NCBI GenBank assembly: GCA_013115125.1
Contig: JABANN010000128.1
Span: 45,166-65,165 of the forward strand
Reading direction: 5' to 3'
Length of the DNA: 20,000 nucleotides
Source of the DNA: Perkinsus olseni
Taxonomy: Eukaryota
Shown: one piece after another, positions 7,489-18,983 of the stretch
How positions within the stretch are numbered: position 1 is the first letter of the stretch
Layout of the letters: every line of letters begins with the position of its first letter
Position numbers and translations under genes: made by a program
Notes under the pieces: model-generated
Told to the model about the DNA's origin: nothing
Databases searched by the model: none
What the model saw: the letters and a program-made list of their open reading frames with translations, nothing else

Positions 7489-9452
7489 TAGGTGTCAATT
7501 TCGGCACTTCTAAGGTTCCTCCGCAAAGTTCTCAGGGATTCACCGATCTCCCTTGTCTCCTGGCCTACCCTGTCAGTAACCTAACAGCCCTCTGATCACA
7601 ACCCCAACCTCATCGCGACACCTCACCTGCGGCAGGTGGGCATAGAAGTCGCCCCCAGCGCAGCACTCCACTCCCACCACCCCATACCGCATGCCTTCCT
7701 CCGAGCGTTGAGGGCAGAAGTGGGTCTCCCGGAGGTCCATCTCCGCCCTGCTAGTCGCATACCTGTCCAAATCGATCATCACGACCACGCCAGCATTCCC
7801 CCCATTACATAATGAAGGTTTGCACCGACAACGAACCTGATCCGAACTCCCGGGCTCGGAAGGGGCCCACAGGCTCCCCGTGACAGAAGCGTCCCATCAA
7901 GCATTCCCCATGGAAGGAATCATCCCGCCACTCACCCGTACCATGCGGCCGTCCCTAACGCGAATCATGAGCTGGACCGAGGCCAGGAGATTGAGCAGAC
8001 CTCCTTGTCCGTAGAGCCCGTGTATCTACATCTCCTCCAAGTACGAGGCGTGAAGATACCATATGGGATGTACCGGAACCACCCATCACCTTCGTGCTGC
8101 AACCGGAACCTAGAACGTCCATGAAGGTCCTTCGCGCTCGCTTTGGACGGTTCTAGAGGGTGCTTCACAACTCCGTTAACAATTCAAAGGTCTTGGGCTG
8201 ACGCGCAAATTTTTGTAGATAAAAATTTGAGAGAATACGACCAATGGCACAAGGAGGCAAGGTGTCCAAAATGGCGCTGTGAATCGGCGACTGCAACTGG
8301 TGAGACCCTTTACCACCAATGCTTGGCCAGCCAAGCCTCTGATATGTTGTGGATGAGCAAGGGGTACAACCAATGCAATAAGGCGTAGGCCAGGAAGAGG
8401 GCTAACTCTATGCTCATGATGAGGATCAACACCAGACGCTCGCTCTGGAAGGGGAGTAGGGACCAGGGAGAGGAGCCCATCAACCGACTACCCGTGTTGG
8501 CTTGAGGAGAAAAAAAAAAGTCCGATCCGAGTCGGGGTCATAGACCCAAGCCAGCCACATCATACCGAGGTACCTGGCAGGGTATCCTCACAGGAGCGCT
8601 GGCAGGTGGGAATACTACAGGGTGGTGAGCATGAGGGTGGGGATGACGAACTGTTGTGACTGGGCTACACTAACCATCGCCGCCACTGCAACCAGGCTGG
8701 TCACCACCACTGGGGCCCACAAGGGCACCGCCCAACGCTGAGAGACGCCCTTCGACCATGGGAACTGGGGTGGGAGGAAGGCCTACGTTGGTGACACCCG
8801 AGGAGGTGATGTTGAGGCCTAGCTGCTGGCAAAGCACGATAAATAGACAGAAGATGAGCACCGCCTGTAGTACCCCTTGGCTGACAGAACGTGCCCTGAT
8901 GGGACGATGGAGGACCTTAGGAGAGACTGAGTCGAGGAGAAGAGTAGTAACAGGGTGGGACAGTGGAAGAAATTACTTTCACGGCCCCGCTACTCTTGAT
9001 GCATGGGATTTATGGTACTAGTAGTACCACATTAATACAAGTAAAATAGATCATGTATTTTTAGGCGAGAAATATTCCCAGAGATCTATAGACCTATAAA
9101 CGGCTGCCTTGAGAGTGCTCCGAGGACTGCTCACCGAACGTCGGGAAGTGTAGAGTGTGGAAAGCGGTCAGAACCGGACTCAGAATCAATCTAGGGAGCG
9201 CTACTGATGTCACAATAGATCCATTGAACGCCTCCGTTATGACCGAGTCAGAGTAGACCCGCCCCCCCCCTTATCCCATCCTACTACCCTCAAGAGCCTC
9301 CTTCGTTCCATAATACGGAAGGTTGATGCCAGAGAATCAACGCACACTCTACCTACCGTAACAATCGGAACTACCATGGAAAGGTAGGGGTACTCACCCG
9401 CCCCTAGATGATCGGTTTCAGAGTAGTAATAGTCCGACTTGGAATCGTCCAT
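6426..9452 (-). CDS. Multi-exon membrane protein with C-terminal alpha/beta hydrolase (DUF900/esterase-lipase-like)
   Basis: Last exon (open from ~7411 to 6426) has ALVFLHGYN, CLVHSMAA (nucleophile-elbow-like Ser), VVLVNAD, LYCDDRDFAL and HNYF. Upstream exons encode TM helices (AVLIFCLFIVLCQQL; LVLILIMSIELALFLAYALLHWL). Probable start MDDSKSDYYY at 9452; internal exon borders are not fully resolved. Confidence 0.75.
7438..7488. repeat. (CTA)17 / (TAG)17 microsatellite
   Basis: Perfect trinucleotide repeat read directly from the sequence. Confidence 0.97.
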
Positions 9453-10446
9453 ATTCAACTCAGATGGTACAGTGAAGGGGCTCCTAACCCACGGGTACCC
9501 CGAAGGCCACCACCCTCTCACTAGTACCTCTCCTCGCCCTTATCAGCCATAATGATACTACTACTACTGGAGCTTCTCGATTCGCCTTGTATTATGCCAT
9601 TATGCAGTTCGGTGGCCATTCAAAACTAGTCAACCCTTCTTGTATCACTAAGAGACCCCCATCATCCTCATGACCAGCAACGCCTTTTCGTCACTCGGGC
9701 TCGCCATTCTGATCGATAACCTCACTGAGATCCGTGGATGTCATCGAATGAACGGCGATTCTAGGTGCTTGCTTTGAATTCAGTAGCGGATTATCGGGCA
9801 CCTACTGCGGCACCTCTTCGCTGTTTATGTGGTCAGTTCTGTCAAGAAGTAGCTACCTTTGAGGGAATGCAAGCTCGAATGTGCTAGGCGTAACGTCAGA
9901 TCAATTCAGGGTGAACCATCTGGTGCGAGAGGGCAGCTTTACGGCGAAGACGGCTGTTTCGGATGGTACCACACTCAGAGATGCTGCCACGTACTTCGTC
10001 GGTCGCTCTTGGGGGAATGACGATCCAAAAACAGGTCAACGAAAATAACATATTTCAGCACCTACTTGCAAGAGTGAGATGATAACTATTCCCACCACCA
10101 CGGTTGTTACCACCGGGGTTTGTAGTGCCAGCGAAGTACGTCTTTCCGAAGTGTTCAGTGGCAGTACAGGGGTAGCGACCTAGCATGGCAGGCCCTTCAC
10201 TTCTGAGTGCATTCCCGTTGTCCACTGCCGTTCCCAGTGCCGCGACTAAACTCCGTTATCGTATTGAGCATTGCGGTAGTCACGCTATCTTGCAAGGTTG
10301 TTTCTATTCGTCCTTGTGTAGGTCTTGGAGTTCACTTGGTGCCGCTCGTTTTGTCTAATGGATGCCGGCTCGCGTTTTACCACTTTTTCCATCAGTTTCG
10401 CTACGTTGTGTAATCCCTGCATTCCCGGTTGTCCGTAACATCCTCA

Positions 10447-12081
10447 ATGGGTGGCCTAGGTTTAGCCGACCTAGATCGGGTCTACGAGGTAGCAGCAGCA
10501 GAAGAGGAGGAGGAGGAGGAGGAGGAGTCTGGTCGCCACCATCATCGCAGCAGCTGCAGTATCATCCATCACGATAATAAGGGGAAGAACCGCTCCATTA
10601 CGGAGCGTCGGGGACAGAGCCATGACAGCGCTCTCCGTGGGGTTTCGTTATCGGATGTCGCTGCACGTTGGTTGATATTTTCCGGCCCTACGGGGACCAG
10701 CTCGACCTACGACCTTTCTCGTCCTGTGGACCATTTAGACCTATTCCTTAGTCACTCCTGGGGCGCTAACATGTTTTGGAAGCATCTCTCGTTGATCACC
10801 GCCTACTACATGCATATCGGTTACATCGTCATGCTCACTTTGTCGATCTCGCTGTCCATCATGATCTACTTCCTTCCTAGCGACAGAGAAGTCGTGGCCT
10901 ACTGTGTCGAGATAGGTGGCCTGGTCATCGTTTGCCTTGCTGTTGCCTTTGGTTGCTTCTTTACACGCTTGTTTCACAAGGACCCAGTGGTCTTTCTCGA
11001 CAAGTGTTGCATCTCCCAGACAGACACTGGACTGAAGTACATCGGTATTCATCACATCAGCTCATTCCTGAGCAGGTCTGATGGCCTCGTCATACTCTGG
11101 TCGACCGACTACTTTTCTCGGCTTTGGTGTGTCTTCGAGCTGGCTGGGTTCCTCAGGACCCACGAACCGGGGAGAGTAACCTTCATCTCTAATATGCAGA
11201 CTAAGTTCTGTATGTTGGTGGCGATCTGTGAAGTTGCTATTTTGGTGATAATGATGTCGATTGACCTTTCTATGGTGGCCAACCGTATCGAGTCTTTTAC
11301 TCCGCTCATTCTTTATCTGGCTCTTGAAGCTGCAGTCACGGTCATCATCAGTACCATTGTTTGCTTTATCTTTATCCCGGCCAAGGCCAACCTACAGGCT
11401 CAGATCACCAACTTCACTGTAGCTAGCGCTCAGTGTACCCTGCAGGAAGACCGTGCGTTCATAAGGGAGAGCATCACCAAGTGGTACGGATCCGAGGCGC
11501 AGTTTGAAGAGAATCTTCGAGCCCATTGGGACGAGATCGCCTCTGCTCAAATGCCGATATGGACTCTCAGCAGAAGAGGTGTCTACATTGTGGTAGCTCC
11601 CTTCCTTGCCTACGGCATCCCAGGTCTGGCCTTCTCCTTGTCAGCCGATGGTCTTCATCCTGTCCCTCAGTGGTGGATCCCCTTAAGAGACATGCTCATA
11701 CTGACCATCATGCTGGGGTGTCGAACTCCACTCATCGCCAACGTGGCTTACAAACTCTACGCTATCAATACATCACGTAGTCGCTTGTCAAGGCTTGTAC
11801 TATATACGGTTATTGTTGCCTTTGGATTGGCTTATGATGCTACTCTGGTCGTCGGCGGCGGGGCCGCACTGTTTAGTAACACTACCCGAGACCAGATCAA
11901 GATACCAGAGCCTTATGGTTGGGTATTTGTCATACCGGTGGTGTTTGTGCTGGTATACCTGTATATAACATACACTAGGCATACCAATCTGAGCATCGAC
12001 GTCGCCGCAGCAACAGCAGTGGCACTGCCTGAGCTGTCCCTATCGCAACAGGATACTCCCACCACCTCATCATCAGTGTAG
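10447..12081 (+). CDS. Intronless multi-pass membrane protein with TIR/HET-like domain
   Basis: Long ORF (first ATG at 10447). Motifs DLFLSHSW, VFLDKCCISQ, LVILWSTDYFSRLWCVFEL and AQCTLQEDRAFI. Two TM helices inserted after FLSHSW, about 6 further TM helices, and an N-terminal poly-Glu. Confidence 0.8.
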   Translation: MGGLGLADLDRVYEVAAAEEEEEEEEESGRHHHRSSCSIIHHDNKGKNRSITERRGQSHDSALRGVSLSDVAARWLIFSGPTGTSSTYDLSRPVDHLDLFLSHSWGANMFWKHLSLITAYYMHIGYIVMLTLSISLSIMIYFLPSDREVVAYCVEIGGLVIVCLAVAFGCFFTRLFHKDPVVFLDKCCISQTDTGLKYIGIHHISSFLSRSDGLVILWSTDYFSRLWCVFELAGFLRTHEPGRVTFISNMQTKFCMLVAICEVAILVIMMSIDLSMVANRIESFTPLILYLALEAAVTVIISTIVCFIFIPAKANLQAQITNFTVASAQCTLQEDRAFIRESITKWYGSEAQFEENLRAHWDEIASAQMPIWTLSRRGVYIVVAPFLAYGIPGLAFSLSADGLHPVPQWWIPLRDMLILTIMLGCRTPLIANVAYKLYAINTSRSRLSRLVLYTVIVAFGLAYDATLVVGGGAALFSNTTRDQIKIPEPYGWVFVIPVVFVLVYLYITYTRHTNLSIDVAAATAVALPELSLSQQDTPTTSSSV

Positions 12082-13743
12082 TTCGGCGGAGTTGTGGTAT
12101 TACTGATAATGATGAGGGCTACTGTATAGGACTGGCATGTTCAGACAACTCTATCGTATTTCCCACTCTGTTACCTGCCTGGTCCCGTCATCAGCAGCAT
12201 CAGTGGCCGTAGTGTCGTTATTTCCATTATTATTGAATTAATCAAGGGTTAATATATCCTTCAACGTTCCTCACCTATACTTCCTTCACTGCTTTCTACC
12301 CGACTCTCTCCGCCTTGCGTTTCGGTACAGACCACTGACACGCGGCATGCTTCATTTGGAGGAAGCTCTGGGGTCTGGAATGAACTACCAAGACTGCTGT
12401 CTACCGTAAAACTTCTTCTCCTCTTCGCGGGTCTTTGAGGGTGGAATTGCTACAACGCGTAAAAACCATCGTGTTCTCAAACAGGTCTTTGCTACCGGCG
12501 GTCCAGGACGCTCCAGTATAACGTCGATGTTAACTCTAGGAGTACCAGTACGTCTTCAGGAGAGTGCCTAGTGTCCCCGCAAACAAGCTGGGACTCGCCT
12601 TCTACGACGGTTTTTCGTTCATGCATGGGGAAATGGTTGAGGCCTTTGATATCTTATTTCCGGCAAGAGCAGACGGCTATACTCGTGCATAGTGACACTG
12701 AGGTCTAGGGTGTTGGTTGTATGAAGATGCACCCGTGCGGGACAGGAACATCATCTCACAAACTAACTTTCTGAACCTCTCGTCCTGCTTTTTTGACGAA
12801 TGCCACTTCGCCTCTCCCGCTGATGAGACGCGGGGCTGCTTGCGGGCCGTGGTATTTCCGCTGCCATCATCGTGCGACGCGAGGTGTCGACGGAGACCAG
12901 CGGCGGCATTATCATCATCGACGCCGGTCTTGTAGCGCTAATTTTAACGGTAAATCGGAGCTACCCCTCGGCGAAGTGCACTTGGAAACGCTCTTACTGT
13001 GCGGCAACTATTTCAAGTGCACCAGGAGAGGTAATACTCAGGATTCAATAGACGCGGGATGAATTCCAAGCAAGCATCTTCAGGGATATGTTTGTCCTTG
13101 GCACCAGTTGGAAACTAGTAATTGCCTTTTCCGATTTTCGGACGGGTTTCTCGCTTTTCGTTCCTGGAAGGCAGGGCTTGGATTCATCCGCAATAAAGGC
13201 GTTCTCGCTTGCTGTGGGTTTTCCGTCCTTGGGACCCAAGGCTTGGGTTTTGGCCATGCCGTGCAACCAAAGAAAGACTTAACTTGTGCATCGATTAGAA
13301 TGGCGCGCGCGATTATCCCGGTTGTCCCAGGACAGTACTCACGCCTGCAGACATCGTTGCTAGCTGGGACGTACAATGGTTGAATAGCCTCCTAGCTGCC
13401 AAGATGCTCAGTGGCCGATAGACGCAGATTAAATTTTAGAGCTGGCTCGGAAGGATGGGAATTCGCCGGCGGTTGGAATTGTTTAAGACATTTTTTCGGG
13501 GCATGGTAGGAACAATTCTGTCACAGTCGAGCCAGCTAAGCCGTGAAAGTGTGGACTGAGCAACTGCGGAATTAAGTCCTGGATGGGGGTGGAATTGCCG
13601 CTAGCTTTCCGTCTCTCGAGCACTGCGAAGCGTTGTTGTCACAATGGGGTCGAGTACCACGCTAGCGCTAGAACTGTGGTTTCACGCGATGAGAGATTAC
13701 AACTAATTTTATTTTATAAAGTTTCTCGGTTTCTCTTTTGTTG

Positions 13744-15378
13744 ATGCCCCGGTTTCACTCGGCACTCACGGAGCAGAGCAGCAAGCCTTTGTCGTGGACT
13801 GACGCCTCTGGTAATACCTATTCTTACTATGAGCATCCTTTCTTGAAGTCCGTCCTCTTCATCTTGGGGCAAGAGCTGTGTGAACGATTAGCTTACTACG
13901 GTCTTACGCCCAACTTGCAGACTTTCCTGAAGGAGTTTGCTGGTATGGATGATAGTGGAGCCAACTCGTACATTTCTATTTTCAACTCGATCATTTATTT
14001 GACCCCCCTAGTGTCAGCCGCTCTGTCTGATACTATCCTCGGTCTTTACGTCACTATCGTCGTATTCTCTCTGATCTATGCATGTGGGTTGGTTCTACTA
14101 ACGCTATCAGCTATCGAATCTATTTCCGAGCAATGGATGATTGATGTGGCACTGCTTTTCCTCATCGCACTTGGTGCTGGTGGTATCAAGAGTTGTGTCA
14201 ACATCATGGGTGCTCAGCAGTTCCATCCTGAGCACCACAGGGACCTCATCACCAGGTATTACACCTACTTCTATGCTACCATCAATATTGGTAGTATCAT
14301 CGGTGGTATCGTCTCCCCCATCCTCGTGCAGGAGTGCTCGTTCTTCGTTGCCTTTCTCTTCATCACTATCGTCTTCCTGTGTGCCTGTGCTGTCTTCCTT
14401 GCGGGTGGCATACTGGGGAGGTATGTGAAGCCGAAGCCACAGGGTTCGGCGGTACTGAAGGTCGTGGAGGTCATCGGGGTGGCCTGTACCAAGTTCTCTT
14501 TCGAGAAGTGCAAGAAGTCTAAGGGTGGACGGTTTGAAGATTCCTTTATCGAAGACACGAAGTGCTTATTGCGGTTGGTGCCCATGTTCACCATTGTGAT
14601 TCCCTTCCAAATGGTATACACGCAGATGACCACTGCTTATTTAACGCAGGCCACTAAGATGGACACCAACACCTTCGGTTGGGATATGCCTGCTGCTATG
14701 TTCCAAAACGTGGATCCCTTCGCTGTCATCATCAACTCGCTGATACTGGATCAAGTCATATTCCCCTTCTTGCAAAGGAGGGACAGGATGCCTTCAGTGT
14801 TGGGCAGGTTCTGTCTGGGTTGCATTGCTGGTGCTTGCTCTCTTCTCTGTGCTATGGGGTTGGAGTATGCTGTAATGGCAAAGCCTTTGTTTACGATCTC
14901 TGCATGGTGGCAGGTCCCACAGTTCTGGCTTATCGCTTTGGGTGAGTGTTTCCTATTTGCTACTTCATACGAAGTTGCCTTCACCTACTCGCCCGGGCAA
15001 TTGAAAGCATGTGCCTCTGGTTTGAACTTACTATTCTTCTCCTTTGGCTCCATGCTTTCGGCTGTTTTATTCCAAGTCTGCTCACCGTGGTTGCCGGATT
15101 TCAAGCCTGACGATCCTTCTACTTGGGGCGGATCTCATTATGATTACTACTACATGGTTCTCATCGGTTTCTGTGTCTTGGGTGCCATTGGTAGCCTGGC
15201 TCTCATTCCCTACTTCAACAGGGTCGCTGCGGCCAACTTGGCGGTTGCTGACCGCGATGCCGAGCAGCCGAAGAAGGAAGCTGGTCCTGCGGATTCCTGT
15301 GATTTTGACGGCGAGTCGTCGGAGTCAGCGGTGAAGTCAGACCGTGTTGATGATTTGGAGAACCAGGTGTTGGCATGA
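13744..15378 (+). CDS. Proton-dependent oligopeptide transporter (POT/PTR family, MFS), intronless
   Basis: ELCERLAYYG (ExxERFxYY motif), LIALGAGGIKSCVNIMGAQQF, YFYATINIGS, WQVPQFWLIALGE and ~12 hydrophobic segments. First ATG at 13744. Confidence 0.95.
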   Translation: MPRFHSALTEQSSKPLSWTDASGNTYSYYEHPFLKSVLFILGQELCERLAYYGLTPNLQTFLKEFAGMDDSGANSYISIFNSIIYLTPLVSAALSDTILGLYVTIVVFSLIYACGLVLLTLSAIESISEQWMIDVALLFLIALGAGGIKSCVNIMGAQQFHPEHHRDLITRYYTYFYATINIGSIIGGIVSPILVQECSFFVAFLFITIVFLCACAVFLAGGILGRYVKPKPQGSAVLKVVEVIGVACTKFSFEKCKKSKGGRFEDSFIEDTKCLLRLVPMFTIVIPFQMVYTQMTTAYLTQATKMDTNTFGWDMPAAMFQNVDPFAVIINSLILDQVIFPFLQRRDRMPSVLGRFCLGCIAGACSLLCAMGLEYAVMAKPLFTISAWWQVPQFWLIALGECFLFATSYEVAFTYSPGQLKACASGLNLLFFSFGSMLSAVLFQVCSPWLPDFKPDDPSTWGGSHYDYYYMVLIGFCVLGAIGSLALIPYFNRVAAANLAVADRDAEQPKKEAGPADSCDFDGESSESAVKSDRVDDLENQVLA

Positions 15379-18040
15379 GACATTTTTCACAGCGAGATGT
15401 TGTTAGTCTCGCTCTTGCTGCGGTGGTCGTTGCGGCGCGTCGCTTTGTACCCTCGAACGTAATGAGGATGTGGCATCGCGCACCGTCTAGGATATGTGAG
15501 GTTTGTAATTGCGATTATCATCGTAGCAGCCGAGAATAACAGTAGTTTTCTCTCTCTCAAGTTCTCATCACCATCATCAAGCCTGCTCGTACTATTACTA
15601 CCACTGAAGAGAAGCTGCCATCTTCATTATTCTGTGGTGGCTACTACAATAAGTCTTATTATACGATATGGTCATTAGTCATTTGTCGTCATCATGTGTC
15701 GTGGGTGCTGTCGGAAACATCATCACTTCCACCAACAACCTCATGTTACCATTCGCTTGTTGCTGCCGCCCATAGACGTGGCTCAGCTGATTGGTTGTCG
15801 TTGTTGTGGTAAAGTTCTTGATGTGTTGTCCATAAAGGCTACGTAATTACCAGTAGCTTGTGTTATATCTTTCATTTTCCCCTCACTCTATTCTTATGCT
15901 TAGACTATGTCTTTTCAACATTCATACGCTTGCTGTAACCACCGAAGTGACTCAGATCGTGCCGATGACGACCAACCCGTCGGCGTTTCGGTCATTTCTC
16001 GTCACAGTACCAGTTGTTAGTCTTTTCCGCTGTACCGTCGCATTCTGATTTTGATGGTTGCAGTCTGGCTTGAGCAGTGATTGTGCTCGCTCGGTAGCCT
16101 TTGTTGCCACCCTAGAGGGGCTTACTGTCAGCTATTCATAGCGATCGCTAAGTGGTACGGTTGCGGCACGATTGTTGTTAGAACCACGTCGTCGTCCTTC
16201 TATGCTCTAGGCTATGATGGAATTTTGTCGCATGCCAATACTACCGGTGTGTTGACTGTAAAAAGTTTAAATGATAAATACTACTATGATGTCTCCTCTG
16301 CACTTGAGTGTCGTAACACTACCATCTTCCGTCGTCGGGTGATTACTGATCATCATGGCGGCTATTGCTGTGAAGGCCCCTGTTACCGTTATCATCGTTG
16401 GTGTGCCAAAACCGAGAAAGATCGGCTTTTGGTATGCTCGAAGCTGTCTGATTCCAGCGGTACTGTCGTGATTGTGGCTGCTCTTGTCGCTGCTTATGTT
16501 GCGGGCAATAGTGTGAGCATCGATATGGTCATACATCGTGTCCCCTGTTTAGCATTGTACGAATGTTGTTGCGGGTCAATGCGTCTAGAGACGTTAAAAC
16601 GATGTTCAGGATTCTTAGGTAGTCGTACTATGATCCTTATTCTGTCCTCAGTACAACCATCTGTTGTTGTGATTATCAAGGTTTTACACTACCAAGATTC
16701 CTTAAGTAATATGATAAACAGCTTACCGTTGCTTTGTGTTGGGTTGTTATTGAAGTAGGGTTGTGGTTGGGCCATCGTCACACTGGCTGACGGATAGTAC
16801 TAGGGCAGCCTGATCAGATCCATCTTTAGGGTAGTTGGAAGTTCTAGAAAACAACCGGAGAGAGCCATTGCTTCGGAGGTGTGCAACAAGCGTTTTTTAG
16901 GAGAATACTGAAAAGAGTTGGGTCATTGCTCTCTGTGTGTCGTCCCGTCGAGCTCTCTGTGGACGACCGAGTACTAGAATTGTTTAACTTGTTAGTAGAA
17001 CCGTCAAAGAGTTCGGCGCGTTATTGTATGTGCGTGCACCGTAAGCGGATCGATCTCTGCGAGTCAGCTATTCTCGTAGTAACCCCTTGTCGTATATTTG
17101 CTCGTATCGGCCTGTCGTGTTCGTCAATCGAGGACTGGTCCTACTATCGTTAGTGCACTTACGACTCACCAAGCGCGGAGGCCGCCCCCTATTGGTGGTG
17201 GCATGTGGATGCATGACCATAAATTCCTGGTACACTTACGGACTAGCTTCAGCCACCTTCAGTTTTGTAAGGTGCCAGAACGGTAGCCTGGCCTCCAGGC
17301 GCTCGGTCATCGCCACCGTAGTCCGCCGTTGCTAGTCGTCCCTCGAAGTAACTTCCCCATCCCCTTAGGGGGCGCCCCTTGAGATCCCAAGCTGGGACCT
17401 CTTACCGAGCCGAGGTTTCCAGTATGTGACTCATACTGAACACCAGAACGAATCGAGGCGGCTGATACTCCAGTTCGGTGCCTGTCACACAGGGCAGTCG
17501 TTGTTAGTAGACGCCCACTACCGTCTTCCGTCAGTGCCTTCTATGCCGCAGGAAAACAGCCCACTATAGGTCGAGGATAATGCTCAAAGATTGCTGCATC
17601 AATAGCCTACTCGTCGAAAACACAACATAGCGAACCTCTGGCGCCGCGAGCCAGTATTGCGACCGGCTCCATCTCGACATCCCAAACCGCACACTCGATC
17701 AAATGCTCGATACCGAAGGAGCTCCGGACTATTGTAGTCACTTGGCCAACGCAATCCTGCTGCCGTTGTGTGAGCGATTTTGTCGGCGAATGAGCCGTTC
17801 AAAGTAATGAGACAGAGAATAACGAAATTCACTGGTTTTTCAACGAACCCGCCTATTTGATCGGCTCATGACATGATTGACACACTGGGAGTGTGTGACA
17901 ACCAGGACGAATGAGCGTAATCATTACCATATCATAAGAGTGGTTGAAAATAAGCGGCCGGGCTCAGTGTAGTGGCCACGTGGAACATAGCTACCGGACG
18001 CCTCCCCTCACCGGCGGTGAGTTCGCCCCTCATCACGACC

Positions 18041-18265
18041 TCAGTTCTTGCACTGGCATATGATATTGTCAGCACAGTCGCTGGCGAACGGGTTGGTAGG
18101 AGCACAGTGCCCCCACTTGCAGTTGCAGAAAACCTTGACGCCTCCGCAGAGACTGTTGGATGCCTGCTGGCAGTCATTGTCGGCCTTAGGATCTCCGCCA
18201 GGGTCGTGACTGTTGGCGTGCCACGTGAAGATAGTCAGTAGGAAGATGATGGAAAAGGAGTTCAT
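18041..18265 (-). CDS. Small, probably secreted cysteine-rich peptide (74 aa, 8 Cys)
   Basis: True ATG; hydrophobic signal-peptide-like MNSFSIIFLLTIFTWHANS; mature part C-x7-C-x6-C-x-C-x4-C-x9-C-x5-C-x-C, ending two residues before the stop. Confidence 0.6.
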   Translation of the reverse strand: MNSFSIIFLLTIFTWHANSHDPGGDPKADNDCQQASNSLCGGVKVFCNCKWGHCAPTNPFASDCADNIICQCKN

Positions 18266-18983
18266 AGTGTTGAAAATTGGGGAGTCCAGCTAAGAGGAGG
18301 AGCAAACAATAGCCAAGAAAGGTGGGACAGACTCACCCCGGCGAGTCCGCGTGCAACCGTGACGCCACTGTGCGGTCGCCATGTGTGTCCTGCCCGGGTT
18401 GCTGAGAGCCCTGTGATTGGAGGGGCTCCTTCGCAGCGGATCATGCGGGAGGTGTTTGATGGTTGCGTCGCGTTAAGGTCTAATGTCTGTAATGAGTCAA
18501 CGATAAGATGATTGAGGAGTTAGTCAGCTGAGACCATCGGTGACATGAGAGAGAAGGTGTGGGCGGATATCTTCAACGTCGTGATCGAGTCGTCGATTGA
18601 TACTATGTGCGGTTCAGCGCAGTGTACGGAGACCTGTTAACTATTACGGTTGATCTGTCTCTTGTATGATAGTATTCATCGTTACACTGTTACAGTATTT
18701 ACTATATTGTCTGTGCTGTCTATTGTGCTAGCCTCGGTGTTGTGAGCTCACCGATTTGTGCACGCGTGCTGTCTCCTTAAGGGTTGTGAGGATCCTTAGG
18801 GTGAGGCGTTCGCGAACGAACAAGGTCGTTTACTTACGTTGGACTTGAGCCTAGGCTCAGGGTGAGTTACTGTGATTTGAGGTATCTTATCCGCTAGTGG
18901 CTACGCTTCGTCTGAACGGTATCGTAGTCAAGGGTTAGTTACGGTATTGTCTAACGAGTTAGGCATTGAGTTGAATAGTCACG

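Noticed and set aside
13395-13410. Minus-strand CATCTTGGC, similar to the spliced-leader core
   Set aside because: 9-nt match, opposite strand to the POT gene, no flanking SL sequence.
12100-13700. Several short ORFs between the TIR-like and POT genes
   Set aside because: No motifs or consistent exon chain found.
16081-16758. 225-aa plus-strand ORF
   Set aside because: TTG start, low-complexity GT-rich composition and no recognisable motif; cannot support it as a gene.
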